This document shows, in pieces, positions 11,722 to 24,895 of a stretch of 64,000 nt of DNA (position 1 is its first letter; each line of letters opens with the position of its first letter). The notes under the pieces were generated by a model that was not told where the DNA came from, ran no database searches, and saw only the letters and a list, made by a program, of their open reading frames with translations. This stretch comes from Prorocentrum cordatum (taxonomy: Eukaryota), in contig CAUYUJ010000248.1 in NCBI GenBank assembly GCA_963575745.1, positions 248,001-312,000 on the forward strand, read 5' to 3'. The position numbers and the translations under genes are program-made.

Positions 11722-12980
11722 GTCCTCCTCCCTCCTCCTCCTCTTCCTCCTCCTCCTCCTCCTCCTCCTCCTCCTCCTCCTCCTCCTCCTCCTCGCCCAC
11801 CTCCCTCCCACCCTCCCTCCGTCCCGTCCCTCCCTCCCCCCTATCCCTCCCTCCACCCCTCCCATCCCTCCAACCCCTCCCTCCCTCCCTCCCTCCCACC
11901 CTCCCTCCCTCCCGACCCTCCCTCCCTCCCGTCCCGCTCTCCCTCCCTCCCGTCCTCCCTCCCTCCCGCCCTCCCTCCCTCCCGTCCTCCTCCCGTCCTC
12001 CCGTCCTTCCCTCCCTCCCGTCCTCCCTGTCCCTCCCGTCCTCCTCCCTCCCGTCCTCCATCCCATCCCGTCCACACCTCCCTTCACAATCCCATCCCTC
12101 CCGTCCTCCCTCCCATCCCTCCCTCCCTCCTCCCTCCCTCCCTCCCTCCCGTCCCTCCACCCCTCCCTCCCATCCGCCCTCCCTCCCTCCCTCCCCTCCC
12201 CTCCCACTCCCCTCCCTCCCGTCCCCCCTCCCCCCCGTCCTCCCTCCCCTCCCGTCCTCTCCTCCTCCGCCCCCCTCCCGTCCCGTCCTCCCTCCCTCCC
12301 GTCCCTCCCTTCCTCCCGTCCTCACCTCCCTCCCGTCCTCACTCCCTCCCCGTTCTCCTCCTCCTCCTGCTCCTGCTCCTGCGCCTCCTCCACCTCCTCC
12401 TCCTCCTCCTCCTGCTCCTGCTCCTGCGCCTCCTCCACCTCCTCCTCCTCCTCCTCCCTCCCTCCCTCCCTCCCTCCCTCCCGTCCGATCGACCAGGACG
12501 GGATATCATCTTGCGGGCTCCTGGTAACTCCTGAAATCTCCTGGGGCTTACTGAGGTCTCCTGGGGCCTCCTGAAACCTGCTGGGACCTCCTGGGGCCTC
12601 CTGGGGCTTCCTGGGGTCTCCTGGGGCTTCCTGGGGCGTCCTGGGGCTTCCTGGGGCCTCCTGGGATCCCTGGGGCCTCCTGGGGCTTCCTGATTCATGT
12701 TGGGGCATCCTGGAACCTCCTCAGGAGGGAGACGGGATAATGGCGAGGGCCTTCGATGTCCTCGCCATCGTCGTCGTCGTCGTCGTCGTCGACGTCGTCG
12801 TCGTCGTCGACGTCGTCGTCGTCGTCGTCGGCGGCGGCGTCGTCGTCGGCGTCGGCGTCGCCACCGCTATCGTCGATGCCATCGTCGTCGTCATCGCCAC
12901 TGCGCGTTTTGATAGATAAAGGGTGCTCTGGACGTCGTGAGAGCAACTCGAGCGTCGTCGTCGCCGTCGTCGTCGCTGCC
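11722..12980. repeat. Compound low-complexity tract: (CCT)n/(CCCT)n, (CCTGGGGCTT)n, (GTC)n
   Basis: Seen directly. Confidence 0.95.
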
Positions 12981-13067
12981 CTGGAGATGTCGGGCACGGG
13001 TTGGGGTGTGAGGCCCGTTGTCGCCGCCGCCGCGGTGCGGTCGTTCCGTGGTTCAAGCAATGAGAAA

Positions 13068-13275
13068 TGTACGTAAACCCATTGTGATTTCCCGTGGGAC
13101 CGTCCAGAATCGCGCCAACACGCACCAATTGTTAATGATGTTTCTGTTGCGCCGGCGATTATGGAAGCGTTTTCGACACCCCCAGGCCGCCCCGATTATG
13201 TAGAAATACTCCGAAACCTGAGGTTTCAGCATGATTTTGGACGGCCCCACGGGAAAACTCATCGGTTTTTATACA
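13068..13275. mobile_element. MITE-like element with imperfect ~45-bp TIRs
   Basis: aaacccattgtgatttcccgtgggaccgtccagaatc ... gattttggacggccccacgggaaaactcatcggtttt. Confidence 0.7.
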
Positions 13276-14169
13276 TCACGGTCGGAGCTTCGAGGCCTCG
13301 ACGGCGCATCCCTTTGTTGTATGTAAATTAGTGTGGCACTATATGCACGACGTATTCGCAATTGTATGTGCATGGGACGTATACTTTGCATATATGTATA
13401 TATACGACATATATGTACATATATATATGTACACACACATATATATATATACATATAGTATAATATATATGATATATATATATATATTAGTATATAATAT
13501 ATCATAGTATATAAATGGATGTGTACACACATATATACACACGATCGTGCATACACGCCCACGGAAACAAGTACCTCAATGGCGAATGCAATACATCAGG
13601 AACATCATTCGCGCTATTCGCACGCATCCAGTAACTGAAACAAGTCACAACCCCGAAGACGACCAAGCATATGTGCGGCCCATTACCGTCATCATCAAAA
13701 CCATCATCATTGCAGACATCGTCATAATCATCGTCATCGTCATCATCACCAGCATCATCACCATCACCATCAGCACCAGCATCGCAATCATGATCACCAC
13801 CATCATCATCGTCAACATCATCTTTCTCATCATCACCACCATCAATCATAATATTCGTTCTCTCTCGCCTCATCTCTTTCATTTTCTGGTTTCCGCTTTC
13901 CCCTCCTGCTCGTCCTCGTCTGGTCTTCCTCCTCGTCGCCAACCCCCCATGCTCCTCCTCTTCCAAGTCCCGCGTATCCCTCATACTTCCTCCTCCTCCT
14001 TGTCCTCCTCCTCCTCCTCCTGAGTGAGGAGGAGGAAAAAGATAAATGAGTGGGAGAAGAATGACGCCAGATTGAAGAAGCGAGGGGATAAGGTCCTGCA
14101 ACCCAGGCGATCAGGAACCCCGTGAAAAACGGAGCCCCGAAACCTTCGAATTCTTTCAAATCCGCGTCC

Positions 14170-14715
14170 AGGACCCTAGGGCCTCCACAACAGGGCCTCC
14201 ACAACCCGAAATCCAGGCGACCAGGAATCCCGAAAACTCTGAACCACCAAAACTTTAGAATTTTTAAAAATTTCAAAGATTTTAAAAATTTTAAAAATTT
14301 AAAAAGCTTTTTGAATTTTAAAAAATGTTTTAAACAAATAAAAGATCCCAGGGCCTCCACATCTCAAAATCCAGGCGACCAGGAATCCCGAAAACCCTGG
14401 ACGTCCAAAACTTTAGAATTTTTGAAAAATTTTAAGAATTTTAAAAATTTAAAAAACTTTAAAAAGTTTAAAATTTTTAAAACTTTTAAAAATTTAAAAG
14501 ATCCCAGGGCCTCCACAACCCGAAATCCAGGCGATCAGGAATCCCGAAAACCCTGGACGTCCAAAACTTTAGAATTTGTAAAAATCTTTAAAAATTTTAA
14601 AAATTTAAAAAGAAACTTTAAATTTTTAAAATTTTTAAAGTTTTTAAAAATCTAAAGAATCCCAGGGCCTCCACAGCCCGAAATCCAGGCGACCAGGAAT
14701 CCCGAAAACTCTGAG
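14170..14715. repeat. ~157-bp tandem repeat with a GC head and a TTTAAAAAT-periodic tail, about 3.4 copies
   Basis: cagggcctccaca anchors at 14191, 14349, 14505 and 14663. Confidence 0.92.
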
Positions 14716-15444
14716 GAGAAGTCTTGGGGGCTCCGCGATTCCATTGAGCCCCTCAGATCCAGGGAAGAGGAATAGGAGGAGGAAGAGGAGGAGGAAGGGG
14801 AGGAGGAAGAGAAGGAGGAGGAGGAGGAGGAGGAGGGAGGAGGGCCGTTCGAGCCCCCAAGATGATATCCCGTCGTGGTCGTCCGTACCCCTCCCTCCCT
14901 CCCTCCCTCCCTCCCCCCTCCCTCCTCCCTCCCTCCCTCCTCTCCTCCCTCCTCCTCCTCCCTCTTCCCTCCTCCCTCCTCCTCCTCCCTCCTCCCTCCT
15001 CCTCCTCCCTCCTCCCTCCTCCTCCTCCCTCCTCCTCCTCCCTCCTCCTCCTCCTCCTCCTCCTCCTCCTCCTCCTCCTCCTGCCCCTCCCCCTCCTTCT
15101 CCTCCTCCTCCTCCTCCTCCTCCTCCTCCTCCTCCTCCTCCTCCTCCTCCTCCTCCTCCTCCTCCTCCTCCTGACACTCCATCCTCCCCGCCCGCCCCCC
15201 AGGACGCCTGGCAGGGCGGCGGCCCCGCCGCTCCCGCCGGCGACCGCTTCGGCTCCCCGCCGGCGGCCGCCGTCTCGGGCGGCTTGCCGGCGGGCCGGCT
15301 CGGCGGCCTGGCGTCAGGCCGCCCAGCCGCCGAGTCGGCGGGCGCGTTGCGGGGAGGAGGAGGAGGAGGAGGAGGAGGAGGAGGAGGAGGAGGCTTGCTC
15401 GCTCGCTCGCTCGCTCGCTATCTGCGCATGGCCAAGTCTCGAGT

Positions 15445-16386
<942 letters not shown>

Positions 16387-18030
16387 GGAGGGAGTTGGGA
16401 GAAGACGGGAGCAAGCAGCGCAGCAGTAACAGCCGCGCAAGAAGCAGGAAAGGGGAGTGGCGACAAGCAACAGCGGGAGGAATGGCGTCGGTCAAGAACG
16501 AAAGGTCCGCTGTGAGGCATCACGTGGGAGCCTTCTAGAGTACATGGGATCAGGGGAAGAAACAAACTACGTACAGCTAGTATTGCCAGCATCTTTGCCA
16601 CGGGCTCTACTGCGTCCTCGGCCTTTCAGGCGCACCAGGGGTTCCCCACTCGCCTTGAAATTGCACCCTCCCGCGCTCCGAGATCGAACCCAAGGCCTGA
16701 GGAGGCCGAGGAGGAGAGGGCCGAGGAGAGCCCGAAGAGAGCATGGGCTCGGGGGGATCGGTGCTCACGCGCGCTTGCGGCGGAGGAGGGAGAGGAGGAG
16801 GAGGAGGAGGAGGAGGAGGAGGAGGAGGAGGAGGAGAGGAGGAAGAGGGTGAGGATGGGGAGCAGGAGGAGGAGGAGGAGGATGAGGAGGAGGAAGGAGG
16901 AGGGAGGAGGAGGGGGAGGAGGAGGATGAGGAGGAGGAGGAGGAGGAGGAGGAGGAGGAGGAGGAGGAGGGGGGAGGTGCAGGAGGAGGAGGATGATGAT
17001 GAGGAAGGAGGGCAGAAGGAGGAGGAGAAGGAGGAGGAGGAGGAGGGGGAGGAGGAGGAGGAGGCGGGGAAAAGGAAGAAGAGGGGCGCTTGCTCCTGAC
17101 CCTGCTTCTTCTCCGCCTCCTCCTCCGTCCGCTCGTTTACCGTGAACTGGAGCCGCAGCGGCAGGGTGAGGAGGAGCAGCGGCAGGCTGCAGTTTGCCAT
17201 TGCATCAATGATCTCGCGTTCGGGCGGCCGTCTGCTGTCTTTGCGGGCCCGTCGTGCGTGCACGCCTGGCCCTGGTGGACACGAGAACACCTAAAACGTG
17301 CTTGGTTCTGGGGCCACAGATGCAGGACAAGGGGGGCTTCAAGACTTCCAGCAATTACTCGGATGGAGGGGGTCGTTTTCTAAATGCGGACGGGGCCTCG
17401 TCGCCTTCGCCGCGCGCGTCCGCCTTCAAAGCTTCCAACAGTTACACGGATGGAGGGTGGTTCTATTTCAAATCTGACCTGACCCAATTTGGTTAGCAAC
17501 ACTGATCGAGAGCGCCCTTTCACATCGGGGCTCTCGCTTGAGAATCCTTTCGGTTACATTGCCAGACGTTTCATTGACGATAGCATGACCATATGGAGGC
17601 GGCTCCTTGTTTAAAGCGGTGCTCCCGTTAGATACTCCATGATCCTGCTTCGTCGCCGCCCCTATGGCTAGAATAATGGATGACAGCTCCTTTTCAGCAC
17701 GGGGTTCTCCCTTGAATTCCAGGACCATGGGGCGCTCATCTTTGAAGGGGGGGTGCTTCCCGCAGTGAAGCGGAATTATTGACACTTCGCGTTTTTTCTC
17801 TTCCTCCCTTCTGTTTGCGCAATTCAGGCCGTAGCTAGGTTGTTACGACTTTCGGACGGCGTTCGGCACTTCCGCTACGCTCGCGATCAACAAAATCTCC
17901 ACCAGCCCACCCAAAATCGACGCCCAGGCGAGTTGAGACGATCATGAAAGCGTAGGAGCAAAATGGGGGACAGTCGTTATCGTCCGAGGGAGGAGGAGGA
18001 GGAGGAGGAGGAGGAGGCGGCGGCGGCGGC

Positions 18031-18061
<31 letters not shown>

Positions 18062-18832
18062 CTCTGCAGGTACACGAGTCTGACCTGTGTGAAAATCGAA
18101 CACCAGACATTCAGCTCAAGTGCCTAGACTGCGCTATGTCAGCGGTGCAATCGCACGGTGGGGGGGGGGGCTCTGGCGCGCCACAGCTAGCCCAGAACGG
18201 AGATATCCCTGGGGCTGGGCCACGCCACGCACTCGACGCCTCAATTCTCAGAGGCGGGCTCCAGGAACGAAACAGAACAACACAAACACAAACATTTCAA
18301 AGCACAGCGCAACGCGAGGAAAAAAGTTATTGGGCCCCAGGTCAGCCCCGAGTCCCATGGATTCAACGAAACATTGCGTCATCCAGGGCAGAGGAGGAGG
18401 ACAGACGAGGACGAGGACGGCACGACGACATCACCGAGGACGGGGGAGGCGGGGGAGGTCGGGAGAGGCTGGAGTCCCCGCCTAAACGTGCGGGATCTGC
18501 AACAACTCCAGCTCGGGCGTGGCGTCGGGGCGGTGGCGGTCGTGGTTCGCTTCTCACTCTCAGGCGATCGCAAACATGTATTAAGGGGGCGTGGATTAGC
18601 GACGGGTCCCGTTTCCATGGGAAATCGCGGATTTCAGCCGCCGAATGGGGCGGCACCGGCCGCATTTTGGGGAGGGCACCTCCCCCGATCCATGGATTTG
18701 GCGACCGCGCGCATAATCCATGGATCGCTAGTCCATGTTTGCGCGCTCCCGACACTCGTGAGCCTCTCTCACGGCCTCCGCTATGTCCACTGTCTCGTCT
18801 CATACTCGCTTCCGTATTCTTTATCATCATCG

Positions 18833-19822
18833 TCAGAGATCCTCCAGTCCGTCCAGCGCCAGCTGCAGAAGTCTCTCTTGGTGGCTCTTGGGCGGGGGGC
18901 CCTTCTTGATGGAGGCGCCGCAGTGGACCAACGCCGTGAACACCTCTGCCTGGATGTCCGTCTGGCTGGCCCCGAGGAAGGTCTTCATCACCGACTTGTC
19001 GTGTGTGTAGTTCACCCTGCAGTGCTTCACTTGGCTCGCGAGTGCGTCGTTGGTGAGCGTCGGGTCCGCCCTGGTGCCGTCCATGTACTGTCGTATCTTC
19101 GTCGCCGTCTGCGCGCGCACTCTGCCTCCCATCTGCTGCAGCGCACCCACAAGAGCCGGCCACAAGTGTGGGTGTGGCACTCCCAATCTTTCGAGCTCCT
19201 CCACGACGCGGCCTTCGCTGATCTCCTGGCGGTGCTGCTGGCGGAGGCGGGTCGCCTCCTGAACGAAGTAGTGGCTGGTGAGCTTCATCGTCGTGCACAC
19301 CTCGTGGTCTGCCTTCAGGTGCGCCACAGAGAAGACCGCCGACTCGAGCGCCGCCGTGTTCTGCGCATTCTTCAGCACCGCGCGGATCACCGTCGGCATC
19401 ACAGCCTGCATGAGCTCCACTGGCACCGGAGCCTCTTGCAGCCTGACAAAGTCTCCCCGCCGCAGCCCATACGTCGATTCTGCGTTCTCGAAGGTGCTCG
19501 TCTGTATCTGGCCGAGTTGTCCCCGAGGCTGCGGCTGATGGTGGTGGTGCTGCTGATGCTGCTGCGGCAGTTGGGGCTGCCGTGGTGCGCCCGCCCTTGC
19601 CGCCCCTGCCGCTGCGGCCGCCATGCCTGCCACTCCGAGGCTCCCCGCGGCCGCGGCCTCGCCCCGCTGGTTTGGCTGGGCGGGCTGCGAGTGGGGTGCT
19701 CGTTGGGCTCGTCCCTGCTGTCTGCTCCCGTTGCCTCGGCGCCGCGTATCGCCGCTTCGCGAGCGCAAGGCGCGGCCTCGCTCTGAAGCGTCCACGCTGA
19801 GGGCGCGGTTGGCCAGGTCCAT
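18833..19822 (-). CDS. Element-associated hypothetical protein (~329 aa) downstream of the RT ORF
   Basis: ATG at 19822 (MDLANRAL...) is open to the TGA ending at 18833 and is GC3-rich. A disordered R/Q/A/G N-terminus precedes a globular-looking half ending GASIKKGPPPKSHQERLLQLAL. No family recognised. Confidence 0.7.
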   Translation of the reverse strand: MDLANRALSVDASERGRALRSRSGDTRRRGNGSRQQGRAQRAPHSQPAQPNQRGEAAAAGSLGVAGMAAAAAGAARAGAPRQPQLPQQHQQHHHHQPQPRGQLGQIQTSTFENAESTYGLRRGDFVRLQEAPVPVELMQAVMPTVIRAVLKNAQNTAALESAVFSVAHLKADHEVCTTMKLTSHYFVQEATRLRQQHRQEISEGRVVEELERLGVPHPHLWPALVGALQQMGGRVRAQTATKIRQYMDGTRADPTLTNDALASQVKHCRVNYTHDKSVMKTFLGASQTDIQAEVFTALVHCGASIKKGPPPKSHQERLLQLALDGLEDL

Positions 19823-19849
19823 CCCACTCGTCTGATACCAGGTCAGGTG

Positions 19850-22800
19850 CAGGCGGAGCGTGTACTTCTCTGACGTGTCCGTGGAGCTCCGCCAGAGTCT
19901 CGAAAGTTGCGGTGTGCTTCGAGCCAGGCGGCATATTAAAGACAACGCCCTCAAACGCCGAGCCCAAATCGATGCAGAACGGACAATGGACGTCCATGGG
20001 GGTCTCCACCGCGGGGGCATACGGGCTCTGTTTACACACACACACACACACACATACACACACATATATACAGATTCGGGGTCTGAGGGCCTGAGCGGCG
20101 TGACGTTTGGCCATTACCATACTGTTAAACGTAGACATACACTGCAGGCGCTGATTTGGTGATGAGCAGTAAGTGCGCAGGTACACGCATACGATGTGCT
20201 GGGAATTGACATTTGTGTGCTCGGAGGGCCCCTGCGCTGTAGAATATCTGCCCACAGAGCCCATCGGGTCCCTGACCAGGTAGATCACATAACATGAGCC
20301 TCAGGGAGTCCTCCTTGCAGGTCTTGTTGATGAGATCCACTGGGGGGCCCACGTAGTCCTGGTTTCCTGCGAAGCTTATCAAGATTGAACCTACAGTAGA
20401 TCCTGCCGACAACTTCCCTGGAAAACACGTCCCTGACCGAGTACTGCTCGAGGAACTCGGGGCCCCCGTCGAGGAGCTGCAGCGCCTGGAGGTCCCGCTG
20501 GACCTGGAGGGCCCAGAGATTGGCCTTCGGGCTCACCGAGCCGTCGTCGAGGAAGGTGCTGGCCTCGCCGAGGCCGTCCAGGGACCTAGAGAGCGACCAG
20601 GGTCTGTCGGTTGTCCCCTGGGTACATGACAAAGCGTTGCCACTGTCGGAGCCCGCGAACCAACACTCATTTTCTCATTGCCTCATTTTCTGGAGCGCTG
20701 CTGCCCCAGGCAGAGAGCGATACTTCGGTCTTGCGCCGTCTGGTGCATCTGCTGCAAACTCAGGTTTACGATCTCCCAGGACCACCCGTGCAAATCCGAG
20801 AATGACGGCATCCAGACGTCTGTAGTCCAGCTTGCTTGGTAAATGCGACTCCAGTCCCGATCATGCTGCCGAGAGGATAACCCTTTTAACAGCTATGCGC
20901 TTCAATCGGATAGAGTGCGTCAACTCCCAGAATCTTCCCGCCCTCCACGCTGACCTAGTAGCCTCCGATCCCCTCCGGATCTCAGCTCCGCGTCGCCCCG
21001 TAAGTTGCTTCCATCCTTCCCAAGTACAGACTCTCGGCAGCAACAACGCCTGGCAACGACACAGCGCGGGACAGGAGCGGAATTCGCACCAGGCGTGGCA
21101 CAAGCATACCCTCGGGCGTCGCATGAGTTGTGATTTTCCCACTCTGTATATCAACAAAAAATATCACTAACACGAGAAGATGCCTACCAGGCTTTCTTAC
21201 TATCTCTTGCCGCCAGCGTGTCCTCCAAGCTCTCAGCGTACAGTGCGGTGTGCACAGTTTCATCTCGTTCCTGCTATCGGCGCTCGGGAGGGTGCGGCAT
21301 TTTCTCGGGCCCTCGCTGTTGACAGCTATCTTCAAACAACCCCTGCCTTGGAGTGCTCGCCTGGCCAGATGCGCGTGGACGCCCTCCAGGCGCTGAAGGT
21401 CAGATTCGCCCAAAAGGTAAGCAACAACCTCCGATAACAATGATCCCTCCACCATACTCTTGTAGATCACCGTTCCCCACCTTTCGTTCGCAACTTCCAA
21501 GCGCGGCCTAGCACAGCGAACGCTTGCCTCGCTCGCCTCACTCGAACAGCAATTCCGGGCTTGACACCCCTTGAAAGTGCAGCGTGCCGCCCAAACACGT
21601 CGCCCCCCGCCTGACCTTCCCCATCATCCCGTTCTCGTCCCGAGGTAGTCGCATCTTGCCGCCTTGCGCCCCCTTCCCCTCCAACTGGACCAGCGATATC
21701 TACTTGTCTCCATTCAGCGCCACGCTGATGCTTGCCAATTCCTCGCTGAGCGGGTCGCACTGAGCCCGCGTGCGCAGGCGGCAACGCGTGGCATCCACCA
21801 TTGCGGACGTCCGTGCAATGTCGTCCGAGAAACTTGCAAGCGAAATGTACATGTGCTGTCTAGACTGCTGGTTCAGGTGCGCTCTGCCATCGGTGCTGCC
21901 AGTCAAGCAGTGCCGAAGCCAACGTACCTGCACGTATATACTCTGTGCATCCGATTAACGAAACACGTCGAACGGCCGACTGTATGCTACAAAGAACCAC
22001 GACACGAATTCGCATCACTTGGTTCTGTCTCCTATCCGATGCTCACGACCAACTTTCCATCTGCACAATCGATCGACACCTGTGCGAACCTGAGTCTCTG
22101 CTTCAACAACTCCGCGCCAAACTCAAAACAGTGCTCGTCAACGTACGCATACAAGTGCTCGTACAGCACGCTGTGAACAGCGCCCGCGGCATCGCACAGC
22201 GTCGTGAGCCTACCTATTACGCTGCCGTGCAAGCGTGAGGCACGCTCGCTCTGGGCGAGGACGGCTTCCTCTCTCCTCCGACTTTTCAAGTATCCGAACG
22301 TGTACGTGCAATCAGCTGCGCTCGTAAGCATTGGATACCTGTACCACAAAAAATAATGTAACACACTTTGCCGAGGGCGTCGAGCGAATGCAGTAGTCTC
22401 TGACCTTTGCACTCGCTCTTGTCGCTCAGCTTGTTGGGAGAAAAAGGCTTGGCTATAATGCCACTGCAAGGGGGTCTCCCCTGGTGGCGAATTGTCACAG
22501 AAATCCATGTTAAACATTCGTCGATGCTAGAAAGTGCCAGTCGCTATCCGAATCCTCCTCCAGCTGCGTACCAGGCTTCAAACATTTAAACTCATTGGGC
22601 CACATCAGCAGACGCCACACTCTGCCTAGGAAGCTTCAGTCGGGTGGCGTGCGTCGCAGCCTGGCTCGCTTCATGCGGCTGCGAACCTCGATAACATCAT
22701 CCATGCCTTGCTGAACGGTCTGCGCAGCGAGGTCCATCTTAGGGCCACGCTCTTGCCCACGTTGATCCTCCCCCCCCGGAGCGGGGGGCCTGGCCGATAA

Positions 22801-23550
22801 ACCACCCTGATCGCCCGCCAGATCAAGGATGATTTTCCACGTCTGACATTGAAGCCTTGTACGTGTGGCACAACAGTTCCTCTGCTTAAGTCCTAAGCTA
22901 CCCCTCGCTAGCAGCCTCGAGAGCTTCCAGCACAGCGCCGTGTCTCCGCTTCTCTTGGCGCTCTCGAGCTAGCTCGCATACAGTCCCTTCTGCTTGGACC
23001 TGTCGCGCCGAAGGTTCGCTCTGACTTTCTTGTCCCTCTTCTGGCACTTAATCACGATACTCGCCAGGCATGCGTGCGGATCGTATGCATCGCTATAAGC
23101 CCGCGAAATTGGACCAACAATGCCAAAAGCATCGCCTCGGTAAAAATTCGTGCACTCCCTTCCCGCCCCAGTGAACCTTCCGACCCGGCTCACCCAGAGG
23201 AAAAGAGGAGGGGAAGAAGAGGCAAGAGCATTGCACGCAATTGCCTGAGGCCGAACCTGCACTCTAGTCTCGCCTCCAGCGCTTGCTTCGTGTCTGCTGG
23301 GCGGGACTGCAGCTTCGGCTTTCTCTCGAAAGCCTCCTTGGCGTGCTTTCGCACCGCCTCGTGCACTCGATGAAAAATGGCGTCTACGCCTCTGGTGTAA
23401 AGCTCCTGCACCTCGGGCGCCACGGCCTCTAGTGACTCGTCCACCTTCGACAAAAACTCGATCATTGTCCGAAGCGTATGCATCTTGAAATCTTGTCTTG
23501 ATCCCATGCTGCGGCGGCCTGAGGCTTCAACTCGAAGACCGGGCCGCTTC
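19850..23550 (-). pseudogene. Reverse transcriptase and C-terminal region of LINE ORF2 (stops and frameshifts)
   Basis: Motifs in order: KGQRLLHSLDALGK (~22400), FGYLKSRRREEAV (~22290), CDAAGAVHSV (~22190), SLASFSDDIAR (YADD-type, ~21815-21840), LNGDK (~21710), DYLG (~21640), W..Q..DL (~20500), NQ..QC.STF....AKRH (~20100-20160), HCPFC...LHGHVREVH (~19860-19995). Confidence 0.88.
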
Positions 23551-23554
23551 GAAA

Positions 23555-24345
23555 ACGGACCACCACCGGGAAGCGGTCTCTTCTAGTTCTCGCGCATTGA
23601 TATTCTGCAGCGGATCCCCCGTCCCCCCCCCCCACACCTCGCACGCTTCCACATGTGCACGCACACTCGAAGGCGCGCACATCAATCCGTGCCGTGTGAT
23701 CTCCCGAGCCGTGGTAAAAGGTCGGCCCAGTGCAGAAATGAGAATTCAGCGCGCAGAGATGGTGGTACTCAAGAAACTTTCGAACACTCATGTAATTATC
23801 TTCGTCATGCTCTTCTCTGCCTACGTGTGGCGCTGACTCGACCGATCCTAATCGAGCGTTGGCATCTATCATGAGCACAGGGATGGTGCTCGCTGGCAAT
23901 GTGTCGATCAGCTGCGAGAGTCCGTACCAGAAGTGCTGACGTTTCTTTTCGTGCAACCTCCTGTCTTTCTGGGATCCATGGGGGTCTGTCTGCGCATATC
24001 CTATTACAAAAGTGGCATCTATACGTTTGCCTTTGCATCTGACAGCTCCGAAGCGTCCTTCTCATCCCTCGGGCGAAAAAACCTGCCTGATCATGTGGCC
24101 CTGCACGAGCCTGTCATTCAAGAGAAGTCCCAGCCCTGTCGATCTCCCTGATGTTCCCGGTGCCCGTGGCCATCTGAAGCGATGAAATCTGCCCATCCTG
24201 TCTTGCTGGCATACCAGTCCACGTGACTCCGTACACCGCGTGCCTTGAAGACCGATCGCCGTGCATGATCGGAGTTCCTGCATGATATCACTCCACCGTC
24301 CTTCTTGACGCAGCGAGAGAACATTGTAACTGCATGCTCTGAGCC
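23555..24345 (-). pseudogene. APE-type endonuclease domain of LINE ORF2
   Basis: LRACSYNVLSL (~24340), IGLQGTR (~24250), IDANARLG (~23860), PTFY..RID (~23690-23725), RDRFPV (SDH.P-like, ~23570). Confidence 0.88.
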
Positions 24346-24895
24346 TGAGGAGGAGGAGGAGGAGGAGGAGGAGGAGGAGGAGGAGGAGGAGGAGGAGGAG
24401 GAGGATGGGGAGGGGGGAGGGGGAGGAGGAGGAGGAGGAGGAGGAGGAGGAGGAGGAGGAGGAGGCATCGCGGGCGGGCCGCCCGAGCGTGAACACCTTG
24501 GGGGGGGGTCGGAAGCGCGGCGGCGGCGCCTCGGGGGCAGCCGGTTGCCCACGCGTGCAAGTTCCCTCGGGCCGTGGAGGCTAGGAGAAGGAGGAGGAGG
24601 AGGAGGACGAGGAGGAAAAGGGCGAACAGAAAGGCCAGCCACTTGAATGCCTGTCGGAGTCTCCTCGGATGTCTCTCGGAAGCTTGTGGGTGGCCTCTTG
24701 GGGGGTCTGGGGGGGCATCTTGGCGGGCCCAAGGCCATCTCTGAGCGTATTGGGTGCCTCGGGGATCCTCTGGAAGCTTTTGGGTTTGAAGGGGGCACTT
24801 CCTGATGTGAAGAGGAATTCTTGAAGGGGCATGCGAGGAGAGGACCTGGGACAGGTCGGGTGAACGCATTGCAGCCTCGTTGATGAATCATGGAT
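24346..24895. repeat. (GAG)n plus GGCCTCTTGG-type repeat block, probably inserted just 5' of the EN domain
   Basis: It separates a basic RRRRRRTRA segment (~24900-24945, minus strand) from LRLRACSYN. Confidence 0.55.
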
